Shown here piece after piece: positions 1 through 12,849 of a stretch of DNA of 64,000 nucleotides. The DNA is taken from NCBI RefSeq assembly GCF_018977255.1, contig NW_024704743.1, positions 113,524,001 through 113,588,000 on the forward strand, read 5' to 3'. The notes beneath the pieces were generated by a model. The model worked only from the letters and a program-made list of their open reading frames with translations, had not been told where the DNA came from and searched no databases. Made by a program: the position numbers and the translations under genes. This DNA is from Callorhinchus milii. Lineage: Eukaryota. Within the stretch, counting starts at the first letter, position 1. Each line of letters opens with the position of its first letter.

Positions 1-1796
1 CATCCTTGGGCATAACTTACTGAGCAGCAGAACTCTGTTAATTTGTACCTTACCATCTAGTTTGAATTGAATTTAATAGCCTAGGTCTGATAGGCTTTAG
101 AGGCTGGAGGAATTACACACTGGCAATTTTAATTGGTTATCTGCTAGTGTTAAAGGCCAATGCCTCCACCCTGCTAACTCCGGCCTGCTTTCCACACCTG
201 TCCACTCTGCCTCACCATCAGCAGGTTACCAGCAGTGTGGTAATAGCCAGTGACGAGCAGTAATATTTGGAAGAAAATTTCATTTTTGCTATCTGTGGAC
301 ATTTTTCCCAGCAGATTTTCTCACGAACAAGAAACTTATGATACTTTTCCAAACAAGGGAGCAAATTCTGTCCTATACATTTTGTTTTTTCAAACCAGTT
401 CATCTATTTCCCATCGCCTAATGATTTCTGCAACAGTTTCAATTTTGGAAGAGAAATAATTAACAACAGACCGTTGACTGAGAAATGTGTCAATGCAAGA
501 AAAGAGTAGTAATCAAGAAAATGAGCATAAAACGGCAGAAAGGTCACACTTAATTATTACTTTCCCTTCAGGAGTATGAGCTATTTCTCCAGCTCATTTC
601 TCACAAATCCTGGTCAGACATGTGGCAATTGCAACATCCAAAATAAGGTCAATTAAACCAGAAACAGCAATGACATCACACTTCAGAAATTTGGAAAGTC
701 CCTTGTTTTAATCTGTCCATCGACCTTTCGATCCTGTTGGCTTTTTCCTACTTTGCTCAGTTTCCTTCACTGCTAATCCTTTTATAGAAGTGCACCTGGT
801 TTGCACTTTCTCTGCCGTTGACTGGCATTTTTGTACCTGGAGCTGACTGAAATAAAGGCCAGGTTGAAATTCTAAGATGCTGCCCTTGATACTTGGATAC
901 AGCGAAATACCATGATGTGCTCATACTATATTTGGGAACTGGAAGTTTCAAAACCAGCCAAAACCTGACGGGAAATACAGTATTGCACTGGCCTTGTGGG
1001 GGTGTGGATTCCTGAAATCCGCCTGTTTTTACGTTGCATCCAGATCCCCAGACACCACATGAGATAAATGATCTGCACATATGTGCAGATCCTGTGCTTA
1101 AGAAATCTTGTTAACAAATACCACAAATCAGACCTCATTCCTAGACAGTTCAAATGATACAAAGTAGTGTGTTGTTGAGAATTTTATTGTTCATTGCATG
1201 TAATCCTGAGTTTCCACAGTGATGCATTTATTCTGAGTCATGAGAAAGCAAACTCTGATATGCTTGGTATGTGGGATATAATGCTGCATGTGTGATTTGT
1301 TTTCCAGTAGTAATAGGAGATTTAGATCAAAATATAGATCTTAATAACATTTGGAACCAGTTATCTGTCACACTGTGTGGTTCCAGTTGTATAGTCAGAA
1401 GGTTTATCCACAGATGGAAAGACAGAGACAATGACAGGTAAACAGAGACAAAAAAAAACTAAAAAAAGTATGCTTATACAGAGTGGTCAGTGAAACAAAA
1501 AAAATGTCCCCTTAGCCCATAATCACCATCATAAGTACCTTACGATGGGCATGTTTTTATGCTTTAAATGAAGCTCTGCCAGGGGCTAGCTTCTGAAATC
1601 CAAATGTTATAGCAAAATTAAATGATGTATGATTGCTTAGACCTTGTGAGAAAGTATCTCTCCCCGAGCAAGATCATGCAAGTTTTTTGGAAACAAGGAG
1701 AGGTCATTAGGATCTATAAAGGTACCATGTCCCTTTTTAATGGATCTAGTGGATTGAAAGATACAGTTGAAAGATATTGAATGCATGGGACAGTGA

Positions 1797-2176
1797 AATA
1801 ATTATTATCCTTGCATTTGATATAGCATCTCATCACATCTTCGAGGAGTCTCAATGAGTTTCACAGAATATAGTGTAAAGTGAATTGACTGTATATTTTG
1901 TGGGCGAGACGCAGCAACCAATTGCACACAGCAGTGTCCCACAAACAGTCTTGGACTGAAGTGACCAATTTATTATTATTTATTGATTTTTTTTGAGGGA
2001 TTATTACCTCCAGGAAAGTGATCTGCCAATCGACTAACAACCGGGTTCCTACTTACTGCTAGATAAACAGAGGCGTGTGGAGTAAGGAAACTTGCCTAAG
2101 GTTTCTCCCTGCCGGGAATCGAACTCAGGTATCTCGCTTGTGAGGCAAGCGTGTTAACCACTAAGCTACAGGACTG
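1797..2176 (-). mobile_element. tRNA-headed SINE family B, long subtype (tRNA head, extra middle segment, 3' part of Deu domain, L2-like tail)
   Basis: Minus strand reads AGTCCTGTAGCTTAGTGGTT (A box)...GAGTTCGATTCCCGGCAGGG (B box)...CTCTGTTTATCTAGCAGTAAGTAGGAACCCGG...ATCAAATGCAAGGATAATAATT; colinear with other copies in the window. Confidence 0.92.
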
Positions 2177-2204
2177 CGCCTGGCAAAGAAAACAAAAATA
2201 ACAA

Positions 2205-2475
2205 AATGTTAAACCACAGCTCCATCTGCCTGTTCAGATTAGATATTAAAGATCCTATGGCTCTATTCGAAGAGAGAAGGGAGTTTCTCTTGGTGACCTG
2301 GCCATCAGACCCAAGATAAAATTGGTCATTCACTTCATGGCTATTTGTGGGGCATTGTTGTGTGCAAATCGGCTGTTGCGTTCACTCACAAATACATTTT
2401 AAAGTAAATCATGTAAAATGCGTTGAAACTTTTCAACAAAGCAATAGAGCGCTATATCAAATGGAAGGATTATTC
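2205..2475 (+). mobile_element. 5'-truncated Deu-domain SINE (family A, SacSINE1-like)
   Basis: TGTTAAACC...ATCTGCCTGTTCAG...TAAAGATCCTATGGCTCTATTCGAAGAGAG Deu core; tail ATCAAATGGAAGGATTATT. Confidence 0.85.
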
Positions 2476-2949
2476 AACAATTCGAAAACTACAATAACAC
2501 AAATTTATTGCTGAAGCGAACTCTTCAAATTCAATCTCAGCAAACAACTGAACAGAAAATTCTTCAGACCAGCCATCATGCTGAGGTCTGGAGGAAAGAT
2601 GAGGCAGGTTCTGAATAATGGCTCACTGCATCTGAATGCTTATTAAGGAAGTGTTCAGAATATTTTAACTATGCAGTTACTTTCTGTGGTGATATTTTCT
2701 TATCCCAGCAATTCAAGGTCGAAGTAGTGAGAATGTTCATTCCCTTACTGGAATTGTCTCTTTGACAATTGTACCCAAAGTGTGTACTCTCTGAGGAATA
2801 AACCATGTTACACTGTAAAAGATCTACCAGTAACAAGTGAAAGGTGCACTTTCACTAAATGAGCTTGGAGCTCCCTCTTGTGGGACATAATTATATTGTA
2901 AATCGCTACAGGATTGTTTGATAGATTTATGGTCAGCAGAGGGCAACCC

Positions 2950-3265
2950 TGATCCCTGCCTGTCTGTTCAGGTGGATGTTAAAGATACTGTGGAACTATA
3001 TGAAAATAGAAGGGTGCTTCACCCACTGTCCAGGCTAGCACTGTCCCTCATAGAATTGGTCATTTACTCCACGGCTGGGACATTGCTGCACAAATAGGTA
3101 ACAACATTCGCCTACAAACTACACAGTCACTACGCTTTACTACACGGTAAATCCTGTGAAGTGCTTTGAGAAACTTCCAGACATGAAAGGTGCCATATCA
3201 AATACAAGGATTATTATTATATTATTATGTTATGATAGTTTATTATTATTTTATTATTATTATTC
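2950..3265 (+). mobile_element. 5'-truncated Deu-domain SINE with (ATT)n tail
   Basis: CTGTCTGTTCAGGTGGATGTTAAAGAT core; tail ATCAAATACAAGGATTATTATT expanded into a microsatellite. Confidence 0.85.
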
Positions 3266-3774
3266 TCTCATTGATTCATTCAATACACATAGATTTACCG
3301 ACATACAGTACATACCTGCTGTCATGTAATAATAAGGTCCACTCAGACAGCTAACTGGTTCCAAATGTTGTTAATCTATAAACTATGATTAAAATCTCCC
3401 ATTTCTACTGGTTGCTATTTCACAATCTGATTCCTATCAAAACAAGAATAATTCATGCCAGTAATGCTCACTTAATGGGGAACATATTTTGAAAGCTTCA
3501 GTAATTTTGCAATAAACTTTCGGATATTTGCTAAGGCTGAAAAGTAATGCATCGCTGATGTACAGCACAAAAAGAACATCCAATTCACAGCTAGGTGTGG
3601 TCCTCTCCACAAGAATAATGACAGCAAGAAAGCATCAGTGACCGGAAAGTACAAGAGAAAGCTCATAGTCGGGCTGTATGTAACAAAGATAATCATTCTG
3701 TTAAACATGAAAGCCAGATAGGCAAATAAGCTTGTCTAAGCTTCCATAGTGTTAACAATTTTGTGGATGTGGAT

Positions 3775-4145
3775 TCGAGCGTGGATTCAAGCCCCCACGT
3801 CAGCACTTTAAATTTATATAATCCAGTACAGGACTGGAGGATTGTTGTATTATTGGAGGTGCCATCCTTCAGATGAAATGTTAAACCGGAGTGCCATTTG
3901 CCTGTTCAGGTGGACATTAAAGATCCCATGCCACTACTTGAAAAGAGAATGGGATTCCTCCCAGTTTTCCGAACCAACAATTTTCTCATTCCATGAAAAT
4001 ATTGGTCATTCACTTCCTAGTTGTATGTGGGATATTGCTTTGAACAAATTGACTGCCACGTTCACCTTCAAATACATAGCGCTTTGAGAAGTTTGATTGG
4101 TGTGATCAGAATGCATTGCTATATCAAATGCAAGGAAAATTATTA
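3775..4145 (+). mobile_element. Deu-domain SINE (family A)
   Basis: GGAGGTGCCATCCTTCAGATGAAATGTTAAACCGGAGTGCCATTTGCCTGTTCAGGTGGACATTAAAGATCCCATG, then tail ATCAAATGCAAGG. Confidence 0.85.
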
Positions 4146-5469
4146 ATGTCATATCACATGGGATATACTTTCAGATAACATCTAATCTCCATCAAATCTT
4201 CAAAGCAGAGAGAAAATGATAAATGACATATTGCTTATCCTCGCAAGTGACTGGGGGTCTTTCTGATGAAAATTGATAAGTATATTTATAGGATAAGTAG
4301 ATTTGTAACTAAGATGTGGATGTCATATCCCTTTCTCATCTTGTAATCTTTTTAATTCTTTCACTAGTTCACTACAATTTAGTTTCAACATTGAAGCCCT
4401 TTTCTGTAGTTCCTAAAAGAAACTTACAGAAAAATTGGCTTCCATATTAAACACTGTATTTAAGAATTTTACAAATTTGGGGAGTTCTGAAATACTACTA
4501 GACCGAGTTGGAACTTCTAACTAAACTTGCACTTAACATGGAAATGTTCTGGCAGAAGAAGACCATTCAGCCTTTAGTGTTTGCACCACTACAAACATAT
4601 CACCAATCTTAATGCAGAGCTTCACTGTCTGCATGTTTGCCAATGTAACCCATCTTAGCACTTATTCAGGCCATGCAAGCCGTTTAGTACCTCATAAAGT
4701 CAATTTACTTCCTGCTGATTCCAGGGTGCAATTTACATTGCCGTTATTTACCAGAACAACTGTTTACAGAGAAAACTATTAACTTTACAAACACCAGAGA
4801 AACAAAGTCTGACAAATTATTCAGAATGGATTGATTTATTTACAGTTGTGAGTATCATAACATCAAAGCATGACCTCTGATATAATGTATTCTAACTGGC
4901 AGGTTTGTGCTTCCAGGGGTGCCACATTATGAGTTTACACACTAACAATTGCAATTAAATATAATTGAGCGAATTAACCCCCAATGGTTGGATGCAGTAA
5001 CCCAGGGAGATTTTAACTGAGTGCAGTTTCGTTTCAGTTTAAGGAGGGTGATTCATATTAACAGAATTGGTGTGTGATCACATTGAGATGGTTCTCTGGT
5101 GTTGCTCAATTTGATCTTGCACTGGCTGCAGTGGAACTCCAGTAAACCCTGTGAAGCACTGTGAGATGTTTTCCAGACGTGAAAGTCACTGTATTAAATG
5201 TAAGGATTATTATTATTTGTTCTTCTTAGCTGCTATTAAGCCTGCGATCCAAAGTCCAAAAGGTATGTGGTCTTCACTGGAGAAGTAGCAGGAAGCTTGC
5301 AAGACAGTGCTCTCAATGGCAAATTGTGTACTTTTAGCTGGTTAAACTCCAGCAGAACTCCCCATGTCACTCTGGGGATCTGACTTGGATAATTCTTAAG
5401 CATGGCGATGGGTTTCTGTTTGTGTCAGGTATTTTTGATCAAAAAACATTAACTGGTTGAATGCAGTAA

Positions 5470-5665
5470 TGTCATTGGCTCTTTAACATCTAACTGAAGA
5501 CGGGATCTTAGTTTACTAGTTCAATTGATACCAACAATGGCAATAGCGTCCTTCGCAGTACTGCAGTGGAATGTCAGCCCAGACTCTGACCACAAATCCT
5601 GACCTGGGGCTTGAACCCCCAATCTTCTGACATATAGGCAAAAGCGTCACCTACTGAGCTGACAC
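5470..5665 (-). mobile_element. Family A SINE, 5' half with tRNA-like head
   Basis: Reverse complement has GCTCAGTAGGTGACG...GTCAGAAGATTGGGGGTTCAAGCCCCAG...CTGACATTCCACTGCAGTACTGCGAAGG. Confidence 0.75.
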
Positions 5666-6497
5666 CATTGTCACCTCTGTCACTGATTAATTCCTAACAG
5701 AGTTGTGCTAACTGAAAGAAAGCCACAACAATATTTTGCCCACAAAAATATACAGCCAATTCACTTTACAATATATTCTGTGAAACGCTTTGAGACGTCT
5801 CAAAGATGTGATAAGGTGCTGTATCAAATGCAAGGATTATTATTATTATAATAAGAGAAGCTTTAACTAAAGTGATACGTACAAAGCCATGGTTTTGTAT
5901 TTAAAATGTCCAAAGAATTTAATATTTTATGAAGTAATGACTTGTAATACGTCTCATTTATTGCCCAGAACAAATTCAGTTCATGGTGAGCCTTTGCCAT
6001 GGGCTGTGACTCTCCGCACCTATCTAGCTCCTGTTACACATCTCCAATTTCATGCACTATTTTAATTTAGAGTTTAAAATCTAATCAATTAAATTTCAAC
6101 AATGCAGAGAAGATCCAAGGGTAAAAATCTTTAACAGCGAAAGGTTTCCCAGACTGGTTTCCTTCTAGACCTTACTCAGCCACCCAACCCACCTCCCCAA
6201 CTCTCTCCCCACCAAAAAAAAAATTACATGGCATCAGTGTGCTGTGTTCATGAGGGAATTAAAAGAAATTCAGGGGGGGAGATATTGCCAGAATCTATTT
6301 GATCCCTGTTAAAAAGAGTTCAAAATTACAGAGTCTTGATCAAGTAAAAGCCTTTGAATACATTATAAATCATTTCAGCATTCTTGAGCGATCAGTTGAA
6401 AGCCTTAGAGAGACATAGCACAAAATTTAAAAGATTGGAGCCTGTGCAGAAATTTCAAACTCTCAACCAGCAGACTGTGAGAATGGCAATACTCTCC

Positions 6498-6529
6498 GTT
6501 ACTTGGCAATAATAGTTGCCATGGGCAAC
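6498..6529. promoter_or_regulatory. Tandem RFX X-box-like motifs
   Basis: GTTACTTGGCAAT (6498) next to palindromic GTTGCCATGGGCAAC (6515-6529) in repeat-free sequence. Confidence 0.45.
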
Positions 6530-6896
6530 TCTTTAACCCTTACTCTAGCAAAATGAATCCTTGACACAATGACGAATGCTGGAAAGGTTAAAAACGCAGA
6601 GGGACAATCTGCCTGTTAATGGCATTTATTCCAACTTCTGACATGAAATGCTTATCTAGGTGTGAAAGTGCATGAGAATGTTTCTGAAGCCGGTTTGCAA
6701 TTTCTGACATTGATGTAACGCAGCAGTGAATCTTTTGGATTAAAAACATTCATTAACTCAATTACTGGGGCAGGGAAATTGATCTAATTATCTTCAGTAA
6801 CAGTGTAATTTCCAAATACTGAAATTAGCTTTATGTCCAGAAGAATAGAGTACAATCTAAAACTAGGAAGATCATTTTAAATTAATAAAAAGGAAA

Positions 6897-7328
6897 TAAT
6901 AATCCTTGCATTTGATATAGTACCTTATTATGTCTTTGAGTCATTTCAAAGGGCTTGATATGTTGTAAAGTGCATTGACTGTGTATTTTGTGGGTGAAAC
7001 GTAGCAACCAGTTTTCCACACAGCAATGTCCCACAAACAGCCATGGAGTGAGTGACCAATTTTATTGGGGGGATTGTTGGTCAGGACGCCAGGAGAAACT
7101 CCCATCTCTTTTTGAATAGCGTCATGGGATCTTTAACGTCCACCAGAACAGACAAATCTGAACAGGGACCTCGGTTTAACTTCCCATCCGAAGGACGACA
7201 CCTCTGAGAATGCAAAACAGCCCCATCACTGCATTGGAGTGTCAGCTTAGACTATAAGATTCCAATTCTTGATGTTGGGCTTGAACCCACAGCCTGCTGA
7301 GAGAGCACTACCACTGAGCCAGGCTGAT
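6897..7328 (-). mobile_element. Near full-length Deu-domain SINE family A (tRNA head, Deu domain, L2-like tail)
   Basis: Minus strand: TCAGCCTGGCTCAGTGGTAGTGCTCTC...GTGGGTTCAAGCCC...GCTGACACTCCAATGCAGTG...GGTGTCGTCCTTCGGATGGGAAGTTAAACCGAGG...GACGTTAAAGATCCCATGACGCTATTC...ATCAAATGCAAGGATTATT. Confidence 0.92.
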
Positions 7329-7344
7329 GCACATTAAGCTAACA

Positions 7345-7560
7345 TATAACTTTGATTAGTCCACATTTGGAGTACTGTGTGCAGTTACGGTCCTCATATT
7401 TTGGAAAGTACAGAGTAGATTTACAAGGATATTGCCAGGATTGAGTCAATACAGCTATCAAGAAAGATTGGTAGGGTGGATTTTCCGAAAGGATGAGATT
7501 GGATGAGCCAAAGGACCTTGTTGCTCCAGACCGATCTTGTGAATTTTTTACTCTGATTCG
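7345..7560 (+). mobile_element. CR1 LINE 3' relic
   Basis: TTGATTAGTCCACATTTGGAGTACTGTGTGCAG translates LISPHLEYCVQ, the CR1 ORF2 RPHLEYCVQFWSP motif; followed by CR1-like 3' UTR GGATGAGCCAAAGGACCT. Confidence 0.8.
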
Positions 7561-7819
7561 AATTACTTTCAGAGCAAAATGACAGTGGGTTAATGTGATG
7601 TGCAGTAAACTGGAGGAATCCCCATTCAGATTCCACATTAAGGAATTCTGTTTGAAAGTAACACGTACTGGATGTCTTCCAAATTGTTATATTTACATGG
7701 AATATCTATGCACTAATACTTAACCATGATGGATATCCCTTTTTGTATAGCTTAATGACAGTATCATGGTTAAATAAATCTTAAACAAGAGAGCAATATT
7801 TTGATTATTAACAATGAGT

Positions 7820-8095
7820 TAAGGTCTAATCAGGAAGCGTGTGGGAAATGAAAGTACTATACAGTAAAATGATCAAATTATGGGGAGGAATTTGTTGAAG
7901 AATAACTCCAAATATTTTTAGACTAAGTAAAAGGAATAAACGTTTGGATTGTAGTATGGTGACATTATTAACATCACAGACATGCGGTTGCAAATGGATG
8001 ATGATCATAAGATGGAACTAAGAAAGTACAACATTGTTTGCAGGGATAGATCTGTGCACCTTGGAGAAGAAGTGATGAAACGGGGTCAAGGAGAA
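7820..8095 (+). mobile_element. Decayed CR1 RT relic
   Basis: Decayed DD-KLWG / LQ-D---L--W---WQM pattern (GATCAAATTATGGGGAGG...TGGATTGTAGTATGGTGAC). Confidence 0.45.
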
Positions 8096-9384
8096 TATAA
8101 CAGCTACTACGAAGCTACATATTCACTCACAAAAACACACAGTCCATTCCAGTTTACAGTAATATCTTATGAAGCACTTTGAGACCTCCCTCAAGACCTC
8201 CTGACACAAAAGCCACTATACCAAATGTAAGGATTCCTCTAATGGATAGAGGCAAAGTACCCATTCAGTGGAATATTCCTTGCCTATAAATACAAAAACT
8301 TGCATTTATATAGCGGCCTTCACTCGGGGTAGCGTCCTGGAACGCTTCACAGTGGTGGAGTCTGTGGCAGAATATATATATATATGTTTTATGCTAGTTT
8401 CATGAAATGGTAATGTGGTGCAGCTGTAACTAAGGCCTAATGCATTTTGGGCCATATAATTCGTTTTTGTGGCGCCGGGCTCTTTACATGGCCATAAATC
8501 GAATTACCCGCTGCAAAGGAAAATTAAATCTGCACCCTGGAGGTGGGAGTTTTTGCTCTGCTACAGATTGGCAGTGGGCAAGTCCGCAGCATTTACACGG
8601 CCACGGCTAATTCACAACAGCTGCTAATTTGCTACGAAACTGAATGAGTAGCTGCTGTGTAAACAGGTTATGCGATAGCAGCAGAGCCAAGGTCAGCCTG
8701 TGTTGGGGGATGAGTGATGTCACCGCGTCCGTGACCCTTCATCCAAAATGTTCTCAGTGCTTCGCTTTCCTGGCTTTCTTTCACTTTTTCTTAACGTGAT
8801 TATTTTAAGTTGCATATTCCTTTTTATTCCGAGCAGAAAGATCCTGGCCAATACAGTACAAAATCCACTATTCAATCATGAGAACTTTTAAACAAACATT
8901 TGATCTGTGTAGAATTCCCTCCCCTCCCACCCCGCATGTAATGCCATATTTATACAACGAATGAACCTGACTGCATAAGGCAGGAATGACAAGCTGCAAC
9001 CGTGTTATGGTTAGTTGAGTCTACGAACTGTGTAAATATAAAATTATTCTGTGTTAGCAACAATGTACAAAACCATAGTCGTGGGTTAAAATAATATTTA
9101 TCCAGTGAAAGTGCTGAGAAGCAGAACTGTTACTTACCAATGCATTAATTTGTGAAATGATATTTTAATATGGTTTTAGTGCGAATTGGTAGCAAGGACA
9201 GTTGTGATATGGTTTTTGACTTTGAGCATTGCTAAGATTCTTTGTTGTTCCAATCACTGGACATGGTATTGAAAGCTTTGTACCGGTGTAATTAAACCAC
9301 TCTTGAGGCTACTAACAACTGTGTGAATGTTGCATTAGAGAAGGTACTGTAAATGGCTCAACTACTTGAACGTTTTGTTTGCAA

Positions 9385-9845
9385 GACTTCTCAGCTCCTC
9401 CCTACACAAGCTGGAGACCATCCAGAACTCTGCAGCCCACGTCCTTCTTCTCCTGCACTAGGCTCTGTGTGCCCATCACCCATATCCTCACTCAGCTGCA
9501 CTCACTAGCAGCTCAAATTCCAGATCCTTTTCAAACAGTCTCACTCCTCCATACTTCTGTGACCTCCTATAACTCTATTGCCCAGCCATTTCTTCTGCTC
9601 AGCGAACACTATGCTACTTCATGTCCCAAACTCTATACAGCACCATTGCTGGGCAAGCTTTCAGCCATTCTGCCCCAATCTCTAGAACTCTAACCCCAAA
9701 TACCTCCACCTTGCCCCCTCTCTCAAAAGCCAAGTTTAGATCTATCTTTTTGCTTGTGCTTTCAACCACCTTTCCAGTCAGCAATGTGAAGTACTTTGAA
9801 ATGTCCTCCCATGCTATATCAAATGCAAGGATTACTATTTATTAT
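9385..9845 (+). mobile_element. Decayed L2 3' end
   Basis: CATCCAGAACTCTGCAGCCC...CCCATCACCCATATCCTCACTCAGCTGCACT (IQNSAA...ITP-L-LH motif), GCTTTCAGCCATTCTGCCCC, tail ATCAAATGCAAGGATTACT. Confidence 0.8.
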
Positions 9846-10421
9846 CAACTATTTAATACTCTAGATAAGATAAACCAAAAGACATAAATTTAATTAAAAT
9901 GTGATAAGTGGAAATTAGCAGAAAGCAAATTTAGTATAGATATTGGTTACAAAAAAGTTGTTTATTCAGAGTTATAAATATTTTTAATAATTTACCAAAC
10001 AAAGCAATAGACATGAAAGCCATTAAGGTCATTCAAAACATAAATTAATTTACTGGGTAAAATAAACTTTTGTGACCGAATGAGCTTTTCTCAACCCTGA
10101 ATTTTCCTGGGGTATAATTTCATTTTGTAGTGAATTTACTGCTCATTCACCATATATGCTTATGATGTGATTTCCTACGATAACCCCACACCATTGAAGG
10201 TCAGTAAATTTAACAAGCAGAGAGTAAACCCCTTGTGTTCTTAAGATTTGATGTGAGAGACCAGTAGAGGGCATCCTGTGTATATGTATGTGTTTTGTGC
10301 AGCAAATGATCTTGAAAGGTCGATCTCCCTTTTTGGGATTGAATTCATTTTGGGTGAAAAATGTGGTGTCTGATGTGATATTTATCACCTGTGATATTAT
10401 ATATAATGTGTGCTATATATC

Positions 10422-10655
10422 ACGACCGTTTGTGGGACACTGCTGTGCGCAATTGGATCCCGCATTTCGTCCACAAAATACAGAGTCACTAAACTTTACA
10501 AAGCAATACAAAATTACATTTGTGTAGCGCCTTTCACGTCAGGAAGATGTCCCATATTTTACTTTACTATATATTCTGTGAAGAGCTTTGAGACATCTCA
10601 CCAACGTGATAAGATGCTATATCAAATGCGAGGATTATTATTATTATTATTGTTA
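10422..10655 (+). mobile_element. Truncated SINE carrying an antisense L2-tail fragment (about 10500-10555)
   Basis: SINE body interrupted by AATACAAAATTACATTTGTGTAGCGCCTTTCACGTCAGGAAGATGTCCCA (reverse complement of the L2 3' end). Confidence 0.8.
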
Positions 10656-11699
10656 TCATCAAAAATTCTGCCACTTAATGTCTTAGTTGATATTCAGCCA
10701 GAGGTGAACATCCACCTTTAACTTCGGGCCCGAAGCTGGCCTGCAACCACTGTTGAATTTGCCACCAAGGATGGGTGGGAAGGGAGTCCACCTCTGATTG
10801 ACAGGGATGGAATTTTTAACAATGTGATAATTAAGTGTCAGCCTGGCTCAGTTGGGAGCACTCTCGCCTCCGAGTCACAAGGTTGTGAGTTCAAACAATG
10901 AAGGTCCTAAATTGTTGCCTCAAGTGTACTCAGGTAGCTAATCTCAGCTGGGAAAATCCTTTTCATTCTCCACCTCTGCTAATGGACATCCTCCTTTCAC
11001 TGTGTACACATATACATTATGTCTTATCTTACAATTACATTCCTCTTAAGTTCGCCTAGAAAATACAGTCGCTGCAATTTGCAATAATGTTCTGTGGAGT
11101 GCTTTGAGACATCCTCCTGACGTGAAAGGTGTATCAAATTCAAGGATTATTATTATATTTATCAAAGATACATTAGAGTGCATTTCCCATGTGTGTGTAT
11201 ATCTACCAGTCAGCAGGCCTCATAGGTTCTCATCCTGGGGCATACCCACTGCACCATAACTCAAAGTATAAATGGGGCTAAAGTTCTGAAATTCCATTTT
11301 CCCAAGAAATCTATTTTGATATCAGAAAGGACCACATAGGTACCTGCATGCAGTGAGTGTGTGAGGCAGTGTTTGAACCAGCCATTAAGAATGTATGATT
11401 GAATGAGACTTGTTATTAACTCCATGATGACCTGTGTCTTTTAGGAACATGTGAAGCCTCAACTGCAGTATGACTGCCTTTCCACCAGCCAGCTGTGTAT
11501 GCCTGGGCGTGGATGACAGGTGCAGATGGGAGTTGGACACGTGGCAGTCTGTGAGCAAGCTCACTGGTATATCGACTGCACTGAGCTGAAACTGATAAAT
11601 GAGGGACGCCAAAATATAAACATTTATATGACATTTAGAGAAAGGCTGATTTGGTACTTTGCAGTTAAAAAGGAGATGTTATTTGCCGGTTGATATCAT

Positions 11700-11960
11700 G
11701 GACAGCTGGGTTTTATGCAGGGTCTGTATAAAATCCTGGACATGTCTTGGTATCATCAGCAAATGTTATAACAGCATTACAAGTGTACTCCTCCAAGACA
11801 CTTATGAGTAGTGTAAACAGCAGGGGATTCGAATTCAAACCTTGCGGAACTCCACTCAACTCTGCCCTCCCTCAGTCGGGGATCTTTTCATTTATTGTCA
11901 TAACCTGCTTCCAATTGCTCAGCAACTTTTCAATTCGTTTAATGAGGTTGAACATTCTTC
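11700..11960 (-). mobile_element. Decayed CR1-group RT relic
   Basis: Minus strand has AGTGGAGTTCCGCAAGGT (SGVPQG) and TTTGCTGATGATACCAAG (FADDTK). Confidence 0.8.
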
Positions 11961-12054
11961 AAAAGTCTCGCATGTTGAAACTTTATAAAAATAAGGGGTG
12001 GAAAAGGGCAACATCTCACAACCGATTTGATGTGATAATTAAGAAATGGCAGAA

Positions 12055-12189
12055 CAGCCAAGCAAGCTCACTTTTTGATCCTTTGACTCTTCCTATCATT
12101 GTGAGCAGGTGTTGGATTGTTCACCCACTAATAGGGAATGTGAGCTGGGGTTAGACCATTGTGAGACACATTAGTTTTACTCTATTGAT
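12055..12189 (+). pseudogene. 28S rRNA fragment, domain V peptidyl-transferase region (about H89-H93), decayed
   Basis: CTTTTTGATCCTTTGA..CTCTTCCTATCATTGTGA..GTGTTGGATTGTTCACCCACTAATAGGGAATGTGAGCTGGGGTTAGACCATTGTGAGACACATTAGTTTTACTCTATTGAT matches the conserved eukaryotic LSU sequence, with CpG decay and small deletions. Confidence 0.92.
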
Positions 12190-12538
12190 AATAATAATCA
12201 ACCTTGGGTTTGATATAGCGCCTTATCACATCTTCGAGCCATCTCAAAGCGCTTCTGTAAAGTGAATTGACTATATTTTGTGGGCAAAACCCAGCGGCCT
12301 ATTACGCACAGCAGTGTCCCACAAACAGTAGGTGATTGAGTGACCAAATTATTTTTATTTATTTTGAAGGAATTATTACCCCCGTAAAAGTGACTAACAA
12401 CCAGGTTCCTACTTACTGCTTGGTAAACAAAGGAGTGCGGAATAAGGAAACATGCCCAACGTTTTGCCCTGCCAGGAATCAAACCCAGGTCCTCTCGCTT
12501 CCAAGGCAAGTGCCCTAACCACTAAACTACAGGACTCC
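12188..12538 (-). mobile_element. SINE family B, long subtype
   Basis: Head GGAGTCCTGTAGTTTAGTGGTTAGGGCAC, middle TTTGTTTACCAAGCAGTAAGTAGGAACCTGG, tail (ATT)n abutting the 28S fragment. Confidence 0.92.
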
Positions 12539-12589
12539 TATATTAAGAATGGCCAGGGATGAGATCGGATTGGAAATAATGTAAATGGA

Positions 12590-12849
12590 GGCAAGAGAAA
12601 GCGTATGACTGAGCCTCTCTTTGACCGAGCCTTCAGCTCCCCTCTCGACTCTCTTCCCCCTCCTCGCTCCCTCCCTTCCCTCCCCTCACCCTGACCATTT
12701 CCCCCCTCCTCGCTCCCTCCCTTCCCTCCCCTCACCCTGACCATTTCCCCCCTGCTCGGGTCATGACCCAACTGTGCAGCGCCTTGGGACGTCCTCCTGA
12801 CGTGAAAGGCGCTTTATAAATGGAATCTTGTTGTTGTTGTTGTTGTTGT
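12590..12849 (+). mobile_element. Young L2 3' end with duplicated pyrimidine-rich unit and (GTT)n tail
   Basis: CTCTTTGACCGAGCCTTCAGCTCC...[CCTCGCTCCCTCCCTTCCCTCCCCTCACCCTGACCATTTCCCC]x2...GACGTGAAAGGCGCTTTATAAATGGAATCTTGTTGTTG. Confidence 0.9.

Noticed and set aside
8400..8720. CpG-containing block with short inverted repeats; AAAT(C/T)GCACCCTG-like motif also near 4722 (reverse) and 29188
   Set aside because: Probably a decayed old repeat; boundaries and family could not be defined
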